Assembly: GCA_013265495.1 (NCBI GenBank) | Contig: MU057733.1 | Coordinates: forward strand, 1-64,000 | Source: Vicugna vicugna | Taxonomy: Eukaryota | DNA length: 64,000 bases | Direction: 5' to 3' | Shown here: positions 24,701-35,414 of the stretch, one piece after another | Numbering within the stretch: position 1 is the first letter of the stretch | How the letters are laid out: every line of letters starts with the position of its first letter | Notes under the pieces: generated by a model | Database searches by the model: none | Told to the model about the DNA's origin: nothing | Seen by the model: only the letters and a program-made list of their open reading frames with translations | Translations under genes and position numbers: made by a program

Positions 24701-25709
24701 TGAGAGGGATGAGGGCATAAGTTCTGGAATAAGTAACAGTTTCTGCCGCAGCTTACCCCTTTGTAAAACCAAACATCCATAAATGCACATAGAGCATTTG
24801 CTCCACACAGAATATCCTTATCTCCTCTCCCAGAAATATGACCTCGGAGTCGCATGGAATTGCTACATTCGACTCAGAGTTCAAGGTCTCCAGCTGTAGC
24901 TGAGTTCTCTCCATCTAAGAGAGCTTGCGGTCCCTGTCATCTGGCAAAATGTAAACTGAGTGCTTAGTTTATTCTACAGACCATCAGAGAGAGAGACCTG
25001 GAGTAAGAACTATAAAAATTTCTTTTAAAATTCCATTATGGAAAGAAAAGAATGAGAAATACCCAGGTGACATAGGTCCATAGTAGTGATCAAACTCCAC
25101 TGGGCAAGAACTGGGAATGTGCCCCGTCCTGGCAGTGTTAGGGAGCTCAGCCCAGCCAGCAGGCCTGGGTGATGTCCTCCGGGAGGCATCCTCACATCTG
25201 TTGTCATGTCTATCTCATCTCTCCCTTTGGAAAATTCTTTCTTGTTTATCACTCTCTGAGTCCACAAGGAGAGCGCCCTTTGGAGAACATGTCTTTCCTC
25301 AGGATAGCATGGCTTCCGCAGCCCCCTTCCTGCTGATGCAGAACTGAGGTACAGGGATTGTACCAGAAGTCAAGCTGCTTTATATGTCAGATGGCAAGGA
25401 TCATGGTGTCTTGATCCCACACACTTTGAAGCAAAGAGGAATGAGCAGATCCACACTTGCCCTCTGAAAGAGTCTTCCCTTTCAATGGAGAGGGAAGAGG
25501 TCCCAGAGAGACATTACCCAACTTGGAAGTGATGGCAACAGCATTTTGGATGGCCCTGGTGGTATGCGGACACCTAGGTCTAGAAGTCATCATTCTTGGC
25601 CCGTATAATATTCAACTGGCTCTGACTGAGCAGTGGAGAAGGGGCCACTGGGATCCTCATTACCCCTGGCCTCCCACACAGCATTGATCCTTCTAACACA
25701 GTGACACTT

Positions 25710-25949
25710 AAGGAAAAACACCCTGCACCCAAACCCCACACCCCGTGGCCTCTCTCTGGCCTTCTGAAGCAGCCTGCACTTGTCTATGCCGTGTGTATCT
25801 CTGAATAAATCTACATTTACTCAACTGTGGCTCACTCTTGAATTCTTTCCTATGTGAAGCCAAGGACCGCACTTGGCAGGGCATGTCCCGGGGACTTAAA
25901 TAAGACCTGGGACATGGCCATCTTCTAGCCTCACATTTTTCCTGTGTCA
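25710..25949 (+). mobile_element. ERV LTR 3' portion (R/U5)
   Basis: gccttctgaagcagcctgcac...aataaatctacatttactca...gaattctttcct...tgtca; shares motifs with the LTRs at 30.4 and 59.5 kb. Confidence 0.7.
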
Positions 25950-26404
25950 GTGTCTCGTTAAATCTTAAATCTTGATCCATTTATAACTGATGTTAAGGTT
26001 TATTTTGAGGAAAGGAGTGCTTTTTTGTTGTTGGTTTTCAGATGATCACCCTGCTGTCTGAACACCCTGCACTGATGCCCCCTTTATCATAGCCTGTCCT
26101 TCCGCATGTGTTTCCTAACACTTTTGGATTTTCTCTTCTATTATGTTTGTGTATTATTACATTTTTGTTTACTGTTTTAATGATTAGAACTTTATAACTG
26201 GATTATTTTTAAAAAATAGTACCAGCTGCACTACCAGTGCTGGCAGAAATTGGTCCTCTTCTGTTAGGTGTTTGCGCAGGAGGTGGGCATTCCCGGCACT
26301 TGAACCAGGAGTTTCCCTTTCCTTACGCCAGCCCTCTTCTCCACCCTCAGAGGCTAGTCATCCATTTATACACCGGGAATCACAGGTGAAGTCAGTGGAG
26401 AAAG

Positions 26405-26555
26405 GTCCTCTCCCTTCTCTTTCTTCATCTTCTTTCTCTTTTTCCTTCTCCCCTTCCCCTCACCCAACCGCATCCTCTTCTCTTTCTCCCCCTCTTCTTC
26501 TTCCTTCTTCCTTCTCCTTCAGCTTCTCTCTCTCCTCTCTGCCTGTCCCTCTCTA
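26405..26555. repeat. CT-rich low-complexity tract
   Basis: Pyrimidine-rich run of ttc/ctc/tcc. Confidence 0.8.
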
Positions 26556-28874
26556 GCACAAGGCCACAGACCCGCTGCTCCACCCAGCCTTGTCCAGGGA
26601 GACCCTCACCACCTACGTCTGCCCTGCCCATCTCTCATAAGGAAATTGCAGAGGATTAAGAAGTTCCCAGGACTTACCAAGAAATCTTGGTTTCCAGGGA
26701 AGCATCCCTCAGAGCCCTCCTGGATTTGGGGGGTGCGGGATTCCTAGGACAAGGGCACTGTACTGCGTGGTTCACCGTGGGACCTCCTCACGGGTCTCCC
26801 ACTGCTACTGCTGGCCCCTCATCCTCCCCACTGTTAGGAATCGACCACTTCCTGGGGACAGACACCTGTCTGGTCATGAGGCATTCTTTGAGAGGCAGCA
26901 GACATTCAGTGAATGTCTCTAGAATAAATTAGCACTAACATCACATAGATCTAGATATAGGATATTCCTTCCCACCAACGTGCAAGACTCCCTCAGGCTC
27001 GCCCTCAGTCAGTACTGTCAGCAGTGCACGTCCCCGCTGCTGGCCCCCAGCACCGTTGTTTCAGCCTGCTTTTCAACTTTGTCTATAAGACTCTCACTGT
27101 GCACACTCCAGAGGGTGTACCAGTTGGTTCACCAAGAAGAAGACACTAGACAGAGATAGAACAGTGACGGGTTTATTAGGGGTGACAACAGGATAGGCAA
27201 CAGCAGAGGGGGCAGGACTGAGCAGGGAGACACTCGGGCCGTAATGCACATCTGACATCTTCTCTAAATACATCGTTGCCACAGCTCAGGGTCCTCTTCA
27301 AATTTCAAACTGTTCTGTAAGGCAAGGAGATTTTGATTTATTTCAGTGAGATCCTGTTTTTTTCTCCTATATACATTTTGTCATCCATAGTGTATCTGGC
27401 CTCTGATGAACACTTTGATGTGTGTCTCCATCTGTGTGTCTATATGTAATGAAACTGTCTTCAGATCTGAGATATAGATCTCAGATCTTATATATTCTCA
27501 TAATTATCTTTTTTACTTTATTCTGCAGGATCTAAATTTTAATGGAAGAATGGGGGAGGGGCTTGCCTTACCCATTGAAACAGAGATTGCAAATCTCAGG
27601 GTCTGAAGCGTTAAAGGCTTAGTTTAATTTAATGTGCTTCAAAGTCCATCTTTTGATGACTTTCTGTGTGGAGACATTTTCTTTTAAACCATGAGAACGT
27701 GAGTGCCCCTCAGACATTCTGCAGATCTCTTGTGGACTTAATCCCATCTTCCTCTCATGGCATCAGAGAGCACACTTACACCTGTTGCACAAGTAATACT
27801 GCAGAAACTCTGTGGAGGCCCCACTGAGTCTCGGCCTTAGGGGCTGAACAGCAGGAACGAAAACAAAGAATTGGGATATTGTGACATAACCGTGGAAGAT
27901 GCAAAGCTGAGAGCTGGGGTGGTGACTAGAGGGAGCAGGGGTGTGGGGAGAGGGGTCCCCTGATCCCCCTTGGCTTCCCCCAAGGAACCTGCCTCGTGCT
28001 GAAGGGCCAGGCAGCTGCTCAGCTGACCTGGATCCTGGCTGCTCTTTTCAAAGCATTGGGCCTAATAAGTTCAGGCACACAGACTACCCTGAAAGAACCA
28101 AGTCAGTCTTCCCAAACATCCAGGGCATTCTTTCACCCAGATCTAGAACTTTCAGAAATCCAAGAGAAGCAGTTATCTTTATACGAGACTGTGAACTGAG
28201 GGCTTTCTGGCAGCAGTGGGTTCTGATGGGGATAAGGGCACGGCTGCACTGAGGCCCCCGCATACACACGTGGCTGTGCGAGGACCTCACGCTGCCTTCA
28301 CACGTCCCGCCCCAACTGCCTGCCCTGCCGGGAGTGACCTCCCAGCTCCATCTAAGTGAATCCAACAACCCCCCGCCGGGCATCTCCTCAATTTCTTCTT
28401 TCTCCTCCACAAACTCTGCTCTACTCCTGTGTGATTCACGTGCCCCCCTTTTGTACGCTGGGGCCCTGTGCTGGCACTTCTGTTATGAATGTCTCTCTCC
28501 CGTAATCTCTTGCCCACCCCTCCAGGGAGCACCTTGAGCCCTTGAAGTTAGGGGTGTGCTTCATCCATCACAGACTCCATCACATGGTCTGGGTACCAGG
28601 CGCAGCTGCAAAACTGGCGTGTCTAACTTTCTGTCAAAAGCCTCTTTCTTTCTCTACAAGAAGTGCTCGACGCCCAGCTCAGTTTGGGGAAATGATCAGC
28701 CCAATGTACGTGTGCCCTGAGAACCGTGAGGAATGAATGTTACAATGTCCTCAGTCAGGTTTACATCTGCATTGCAAAGCCCTCAGTGCCATCTCTACAT
28801 TGTCTCCAAAAACTCTTGAAGAACAAAGCTAGAAATACTTTACAAGTGGACTCATATTGCTCAGATCGTCTTAC

Positions 28875-29034
28875 CATATGGCGGAGGTGGAGACAGTGGG
28901 TGACAGCCCGGAGGGCACCAGGTTGGTCCAGGTGGAGGCGGCCAGTAGCCCGTGAATGGTGGAGGGCCGCCCATGAAGTAGGGCATGCAGGATGGTCCTG
29001 GGAAAGGACAGGGCTCTCCTGCATCCATACCAAC
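28875..29034 (-). CDS. MIA3: MIA3-like proline-rich exon, open
   Basis: VGMDAGEPCPFPGPSCMPYFMGGPPPFTGYWPPPPGPTWCPPGCHPLSPPPPY vs [50 protein letters not shown]; cag/gtaag; 160 bp. Confidence 0.8.
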
Positions 29035-30389
29035 CTGCAGAATAGAAGAGAGAGGGGTGTTGTATGACAGACCGAAGCGCCAACAGCAACAAAAGCTGAA
29101 ACCAACGCAGCAGCTATCAGCACCTGGCACCCTCCCCTCCACCAGGTTCCCTGAGAGCAGCACAGAGCCACAAACTCCACCCCCACCCCGGGTCCTGCCT
29201 GCAGCCTGGGCTGCACAGGACACCAAGGGGATAAAACACTGTCACCACACGTCACTGCCTGTGTCTGCAAGTGAGAAAGGCAAGGGTCCTGTCCTAGGGG
29301 ATGAACAGAGGTTCCAGCAAACTGAGAAAGTAGCGCCTTCCCGACAGCCAGCCTCTCTGTGCAGGACGGCCCTCCCCACCGCCTTTCCCAGCCCCACGGG
29401 AGCTGGCTCTTCGTGGACTAAGAACACAGAGGGAAGAAGGACGTGGAGAGCCTGTGCGCCACACGTGGAATCAGCTGCCCCTGGGTGCTCGCTCTGCCTG
29501 CAGGCCCCTGCCCGGCCCTCTCTGCTGCCTCCTGACAAAGGGCCCTTCACCTCCCTGGAGGGGCTGCCCCAGGGCACAAAGAGCTCTGGGAGGTGGGCAT
29601 CCTGCAGTCCTGTAGGGCAGCTGCGAAAGTGCTTCTGAGGGGACAACGCTGCCTACAGAAGGTTGTGGCTCAGCTCCAGTCATCTTTATTTACATGTAAT
29701 TCTGAATTTCAAGTACATTATGAGGTGCAGACTAAATTTGTCCTATAGAAAGACAATGTGGGAAGTCTAAATTCCACAACTAACACAAAAGTGATTTTAT
29801 GTCATGTGTAAAATTCCAGATGTGTGATGAGATACAGGAGCAGCTATAACAGCTTACAGGGCAGGACCGACCCTGCTTATAGGAATAAAATGCTTTGATG
29901 GGAATCGGCCCTGCAGGTAATCAGGCATTTTCACTGTGGGCTGTTCCATTGCAGGGTATGTTTTCTACTACAAATGGAACATCTCTGAGATTCAGGCTTT
30001 CATACCAAGAGTACAACTGGAGGGAGTCTGTAAGACACATTTACTTTCAGAGAAAAGACAGTAATGGGTTATTAAATTTACTATATCAAAGAAGAGTTAA
30101 ATTGCACAAGGCACACGTTATAAAGTTGGAGGGAGGACTTTCCTCATTTTTCAGTTATGAGGACTAGAATAGACATTCTAAACAGGAGAATCAGCTCCCC
30201 CAACCAGGAAAGGAACAAAATAGCAACAGTAATAATGTTTCAGTAGCCCAGGGGCAACCCCAAGTAAAGGAGACCAGGAAGGAGTCAGCGGTGCAGGAGA
30301 AGTAAGTGTGGAGTGAGGTGTCCCCATCCTCACGCTGAAGTGGGAGGAAAGGGGACAGGGCACAACCACTGAAGGAAGGACACAGCTAC

Positions 30390-30906
30390 TGAGGACAGGA
30401 CAAGCTGGTTAGAACCAAGATGGCGGAGGACTGGACTTCCAGTGGACCCTGAGCCTCATGGCGCACCCACAGGCGCCATGACAGATCCTAGGCTGACCAT
30501 TAAAGGTCAAAAAGTGGGCAGGGAGGCATTTCCTGGAAATCGTCACCCCTTTCCCAAAGTAGCTGAAGTAATCCCCCTACTCATTAGCATATGAAATTAC
30601 CGAGCCCATAAACCCAACAGCTCTGCACCTGGTGGTGACTCTCTCTTGCCTTCTGAGACAGCCTGCACTCTGTTTAGTTTACTTTAAACTAAACACCCCA
30701 CAGCCCTCAGTCTCTCTCCCTCTCACCGTTATGAGATGCCCACATTCTGCCAATGGAGTGTGTATCTCCTAAGCCATTTTCCCTTCCGAGCAAGAGGGAC
30801 TCCACTTATGGAGTATGTATCTCCCTAAGCAAACGTGCTTTCACTTTACCATGCCTTGCTCCTGAATCGTTTCCTGTGCAAGGCGAGAACCTGTTCTCCC
30901 TCGACA
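30390..30906 (+). mobile_element. ERV solo LTR in an intron of the MIA3-like gene
   Basis: Starts tgaggacagg; caagatggcgg, cccacaggcgccatg and gccttctgagacagcctgcactct are shared with the 59.5 kb LTR; ends approximate. Confidence 0.7.
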
Positions 30907-31162
30907 ATGTTATTTCAAGAAACACAGACAAAACCCGGCGGTCCTCAGCCTCGAAGCCCTTACGGCTTTTGTGGGCACCACCAAAGGTGATGGGCTGAAG
31001 GGAGAAGCCCACTGGCTCTTGGGGAAGAGTCTGAATTTGAAAAGTAATGACACAGTAGACATAGAGCACACAATCTAGAGACGAGGCCAAGAAAGAGTGC
31101 TGTTAAAAAAAAGACCAAAGTTCCCAGAAATAGTTACAACTGCAAATGACCACAGAATTTAC

Positions 31163-31242
31163 CTGGGCTTCCTCGGCCTCCTCAGCCTCCTCAGTAAGGC
31201 CGGCGCTGTCGTTCCTCATAGGGGCGGCACCGGGTCCTGAAT
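31163..31242 (-). CDS. MIA3: MIA3-like exon, open
   Basis: (D)SGPGAAPMRNDSAGLTEEAEEAEEAQ vs [27 protein letters not shown]; 80 bp; phase 1 to 0; cag/gtaaa. Confidence 0.75.
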
Positions 31243-31364
31243 CTGATAAAGGCAGAGCAGTGTTGAAGGTTTACTCTCTCTGACGGAGACCGTGTGGAGG
31301 AAGCACGAGGCCTTCATACCTTCCTCCAGGAGCTCACACTCCCGCCCGTGCCCCTGTCTCTTCA

Positions 31365-31431
31365 CAGAGGCACCGGGTCTCCCTCATGTCTCACGTGACC
31401 CCGAGGACGAGGGGACACTGGACCCCTGACT
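31365..31431 (-). pseudogene. MIA3: Decayed MIA3-like exon ([23 protein letters not shown] equivalent)
   Basis: agtcaggggtccagtgtcccctcgtcctcggggtcacgtgagacatgagggagacccggtgcctctg; indels, TGA and no GT donor. Confidence 0.55.
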
Positions 31432-32399
31432 CTTGACGAGGACACCACAGAGCCCTGGTTCAGGTGTTTCCATAACTAACCAACCTGGATGGGAGCTCAG
31501 GGCTCAAATCTCTGGAAATCAGCACTAAAACAGGGGACTCACAATACACTTCAGGGAAAATCACAATTTCTACAAAGGTTGAAAATTAAAAGAAGAGTCT
31601 TTCGTAGGAAGAGTATCAGCAACCCCTGAACATGAGCTCTCCCTCTCTCCCTCCTTAGCCCACTGGTAAATTTTTTAAATCTTTCAGTCTGATGCAATGT
31701 CTTATACAAGTGACCAGGTGTTTTGTAAGTGTTTATGAAAGAAGTGGCCTTAGAAAGACTAATATTGTAATAATGGGCAAAAGAATGGTGAAATATATGG
31801 AGAATTCTTTGGAAGACTTTAGAGTTAGACTTATAACTCTGGAAAAGTGATATTATGTTGTAATTTAACTTACCAATTGGCTACTCTAGATCACTATGCA
31901 ACATTTTTTATAAAGATGAAGGGACCTGCAAAATTAGTACAGAAAAGCCTGTTGTCTTAAAGCAGGTCTTGAATAGAATATTTATCCATCAAGACAAATG
32001 AAGAAAAATTTTTTCTCATCAGGACTTAATGCCTTCATTCTAAAATGTTGTGCATGTTGTTTTTCTCAAATAAAAGGAGAATTCAGCCTTCAACATTGTC
32101 TCCAGGTAGGAGGAGGGTGCCAATGCTCATTTCCTCTAGCACACAGAAACCAACCAAACCAACCTACCAAGAGGCTGCAGGGTGGCCCACAGTCCCTGGA
32201 GGGACATGAACTCCACCGTGCACAGGAAACAGAGTCCTGCTGGCTGGTGGCATGCGAAGAAAACAGCATCTTGTCAACCAGCTGAGAACCTGTTCTCTGC
32301 GGCGAGTGTATGGCATGGTGTCCAGGAAACCTAACGACTACCCATTTGGCGGCTTTGCAGCAGTAATGAAGCAGCTGCTCTTCACAGTGTGCTCCTTAC

Positions 32400-32494
32400 C
32401 TCTCAGTGGAGGATGCAACCTGTATGGTCCTCTTGAGATGGGTCCCTGCCTCGTATATTCCTCTGCCTGCCCCTGTCTGCAGATTTCTTCCAAT
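32400..32494 (-). CDS. MIA3: MIA3-like exon, open
   Basis: LEEICRQGQAEEYTRQGPISRGPYRLHPPLR vs [33 protein letters not shown]; phase 2 to 1; aag/gtaag; 95 bp. Confidence 0.75.
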
Positions 32495-32616
32495 CTTGAA
32501 GATGGAGAAAGAATGGTTTCAGTAAGAGTTACATCATCAATTCCTCTACTAAACACTAAACAGCTTACCACCCTTAAAAAAAACACCCTTAAAAATGTAT
32601 GTCAAAATTCTGTAAC

Positions 32617-32684
32617 TTGGTTTCAAGTAGGCAACCTCCCATCTCATCTCTCTCGTTGCCCTCCCCTGGTCCAGAGCCCAAGAT
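32617..32684 (-). CDS. MIA3: MIA3-like exon with apparent compensating indels
   Basis: 68 bp, cag/gttac. The shifted frame ALDQGRATREMRWEVAYLK resembles ARAAERAIAEEKREAANLR; the spliced frame is also open. Confidence 0.65.
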
Positions 32685-32763
32685 CTGTGGGGAGGGGGGA
32701 AGCACATCCACATTCAGTTGTGGCCGACTGTGCACACAGGGAAGGAAGGAAACACATTCTCAC

Positions 32764-32799
32764 CCAGTTATCTTGAGCCACCTCCTCAAGAAGAGCGAT
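32764..32799 (-). CDS. MIA3: MIA3-like 36-bp exon, open
   Basis: IALLEEVAQDNW vs IATHEKKAHENW; cag/gtgag. Confidence 0.8.
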
Positions 32800-32909
32800 C
32801 TGAAAAGTAAACACATCAAGAAACACCCCATGGTTAGGGATTCTCAGGGCCACAATGATTGTCTGCATCAGGTGCTAAGGACTCAGCATGTTAGGAAAAA
32901 GGCAAGTTC

Positions 32910-32970
32910 CCGGTATTTGAAGATATCCTCTGATTCCTGCATTTCCTGTTGCAATTCTTCAACTCTTCTC
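32910..32970 (-). CDS. MIA3: MIA3-like 61-bp exon, open but donor GA instead of GT
   Basis: RRVEELQQEMQESEDIFKYR vs [20 protein letters not shown]; tag acceptor; followed by gaactt. Confidence 0.82.
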
Positions 32971-33649
32971 CTATGAGTTACAAATTGTTTCATCAGATAA
33001 AACACAATGCTGGGTATGCCCAAGTCCACATTATCCAAACTACACATGTATATGCATTATCTAATCATATAAAACACATTTCATATTATGTACAGTAGTT
33101 TCAAAGCTATTGCTGCATTAATTCCTTCCTTAATTATTACTTAATGCCTGCCAGGTTCTGCGCTGACATAATTTGCTTTCCCATACTCAACATTTTCCTA
33201 ATTTATCCTGCATGGAGTATCTTTCATCATAAAGTTTGATTCTTCTTTTCCTTACATCCTTATCCTATTTCTCAGGCTTACAACAAGTGGGTCTCTCCAA
33301 CGGCATGGTCATATTTATTGATGTGATTGATGCTACAACAAACTGCTTTCCTAAGGTTGGTAACAATTTATATCATCTACAGAAACATCCTTGTGAACCA
33401 TCTTTCCACATAGTCCGGCCAGCACTGGGGACCAGGAAGTTCTTCGTAACTTAATCTTTTTAAAGTTAAAACTTTAACTTAATGTGTGTAAAACATAACA
33501 TTTTCCCCCTTGTGTGAAGTATCTATACAGATGTCTTCTGAACATTGGTTTTGGTCTGTGTGTGATATTGTGTCTAAACATTTTAGAAAAGTTAAAAAAA
33601 AATCCAACAGGGGTTTTCTAAGCCACGGGTGTTGAGGAGCTGAACTCAC

Positions 33650-33748
33650 TTGTACATTTGTATCTCTTCTTCAGCCAATTTCAACTTCTGCTCTACTGCT
33701 AATAGGTGCTTCTTTTCCACCAGCTCACATCCTTTCATGTCCAGCTTC
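33650..33748 (-). CDS. MIA3: MIA3-like coiled-coil exon, open
   Basis: KLDMKGCELVEKKHLLAVEQKLKLAEEEIQMYK vs [34 protein letters not shown]; phase 2 to 2; cag/gtgag. Confidence 0.8.
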
Positions 33749-35139
33749 CTGAGTGGGGAAAGAAACCCAGTGAAATTCTGCCATTATTTTCTCCCAGCAA
33801 TCTGAAGGGAAGAGTTCAATGTTCTTTCTGCCCTTCCCCATAAATACATAGACTGACAAATACAAAGGAAGAAATTAAAGGCCCCACTAATAGATATGAC
33901 AAAACTAAACTCAGGCCTCTGGCAAGTGTTTGGTATCTGAGCTTCCCTTCAGTCTCCATCCCTATTCATTTGTAGCTAAAGTAAACACACACATGAAAAG
34001 CCCACATGAAGTGCACTCTGCCCTCCCAGGCTCAGGCTCCTGTGACGGGGACAGTGTGAGCTCACTGTGTTTCAGTGTGGAAAACAGAGCCTGCCCAAGT
34101 CATCACAACCAAACACATCAGGATGAAGCAGGCATTTGTGATTTATTTGTGGAGAGCCCTGCTTTTCAGTCAAAGCCTTGACAAAACCTGATTCTTCACG
34201 GAATATAATAGAATGTTTGCTTTTTAATGTGGGTTGATGGGTGTGATGTCCTTGACCTCCTCCTGAGAATGACGGGAAATGCTGGACAAATTATGAAATT
34301 CATGATCAAAGGTACCAAATTGCTAACAAGCCAGGAAGGAACATGAGGCCAAGATGGAGAAGAAGGAAGCCTAGGACTAAGGTCAGCCTGGCATTTAGGG
34401 CCACCTTCCCCAAGGGTCCTCCATTAGCTGCAGAGGAAAGTACTGAGATGCAGAGCAGCCCAGCAGCTGGTGCCCCCGCCCCCCACGCACGGGCACCACA
34501 ATCAGACAACTGGAGCTCATGGTCCTTCAGCAAAGGTGATCCCTAGAAACGCCCACAGGCCTCAGCTGGGACCCATGAGAGTTAAGTGCCAGGAATAAAG
34601 GTGGACAGGAGACACACTGGCCTCAGGAGGGCTGAGCCTACACTGAGTGATCTCCATTGCTAACTGGGTTCACAGGATGCAGCACTGCTGGCGCTCTGAT
34701 CACCTGCCAGCAGTAAACCCTCATCTTCTCTGCAGCAAGTTAACCTCACACTAGGCGCCAAATTTTCTCTATTTTCTACTCAATGTCTAGAGTTTAATGA
34801 AAGATGACAGATGCATGGCAGGTTGTTACAACATGATGGGACTGAAACCTGAGGGCAATGAAAATGGACCCAGTGGATCCAGATAATGAAGAGATCAAAT
34901 CTAGTCCCAGTACCCACTCCAATCTCAAACTAATTACAAACAGGTACTCTGGTAACCAGTTAGAGTGGAATGGAAGATGCAGATTACAGAAATCAAGGCA
35001 GAAAAGTAAACACAAATCTGTACTTACTGAATATGGTAATAAAAGATACGGTGGCATGTACTCTAAAGCGTATTATAGCATCTACATGGTTCCACATTCA
35101 TTCACACGATTTATCATAATTAACACATGAACACCTTAC

Positions 35140-35275
35140 TCTTCTGCGTCCTTCTTTCTTTGTCCACAGATTCCTTCAAGAAAGTCCACGTTCTTCTGCC
35201 TGAGGAATTTGGCTTCCTTGCCCACTTTCACAGACCCCGATGCAGCATGGCAGTCTTGCCTTTTCTTTTTACTTT
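35140..35275 (-). CDS. MIA3: MIA3-like coiled-coil exon, open
   Basis: ESKKKRQDCHAASGSVKVGKEAKFLRQKNVDFLEGICGQRKKDAEE vs [47 protein letters not shown]; phase 1 to 2; cag/gtaag. Confidence 0.78.
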
Positions 35276-35414
35276 CTGTAAAGCATGAAACAATTGTCTT
35301 TGTACGTGTACATGTGCACTCAAGAACTTGGTTGTGGTGGGGAGTGGAGAAAGGAGACAATCTTGGAGGCAGGAATCCATTATTTACCCTCCCAGTGCAA
35401 ACTCATTTCTACTA

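Noticed and set aside
32827..32862. Alternative 36-bp exon TIIVALRIPNHG
   Set aside because: The nearby IALLEEVAQDNW exon matches IATHEKKAHENW much better and has a stronger donor.
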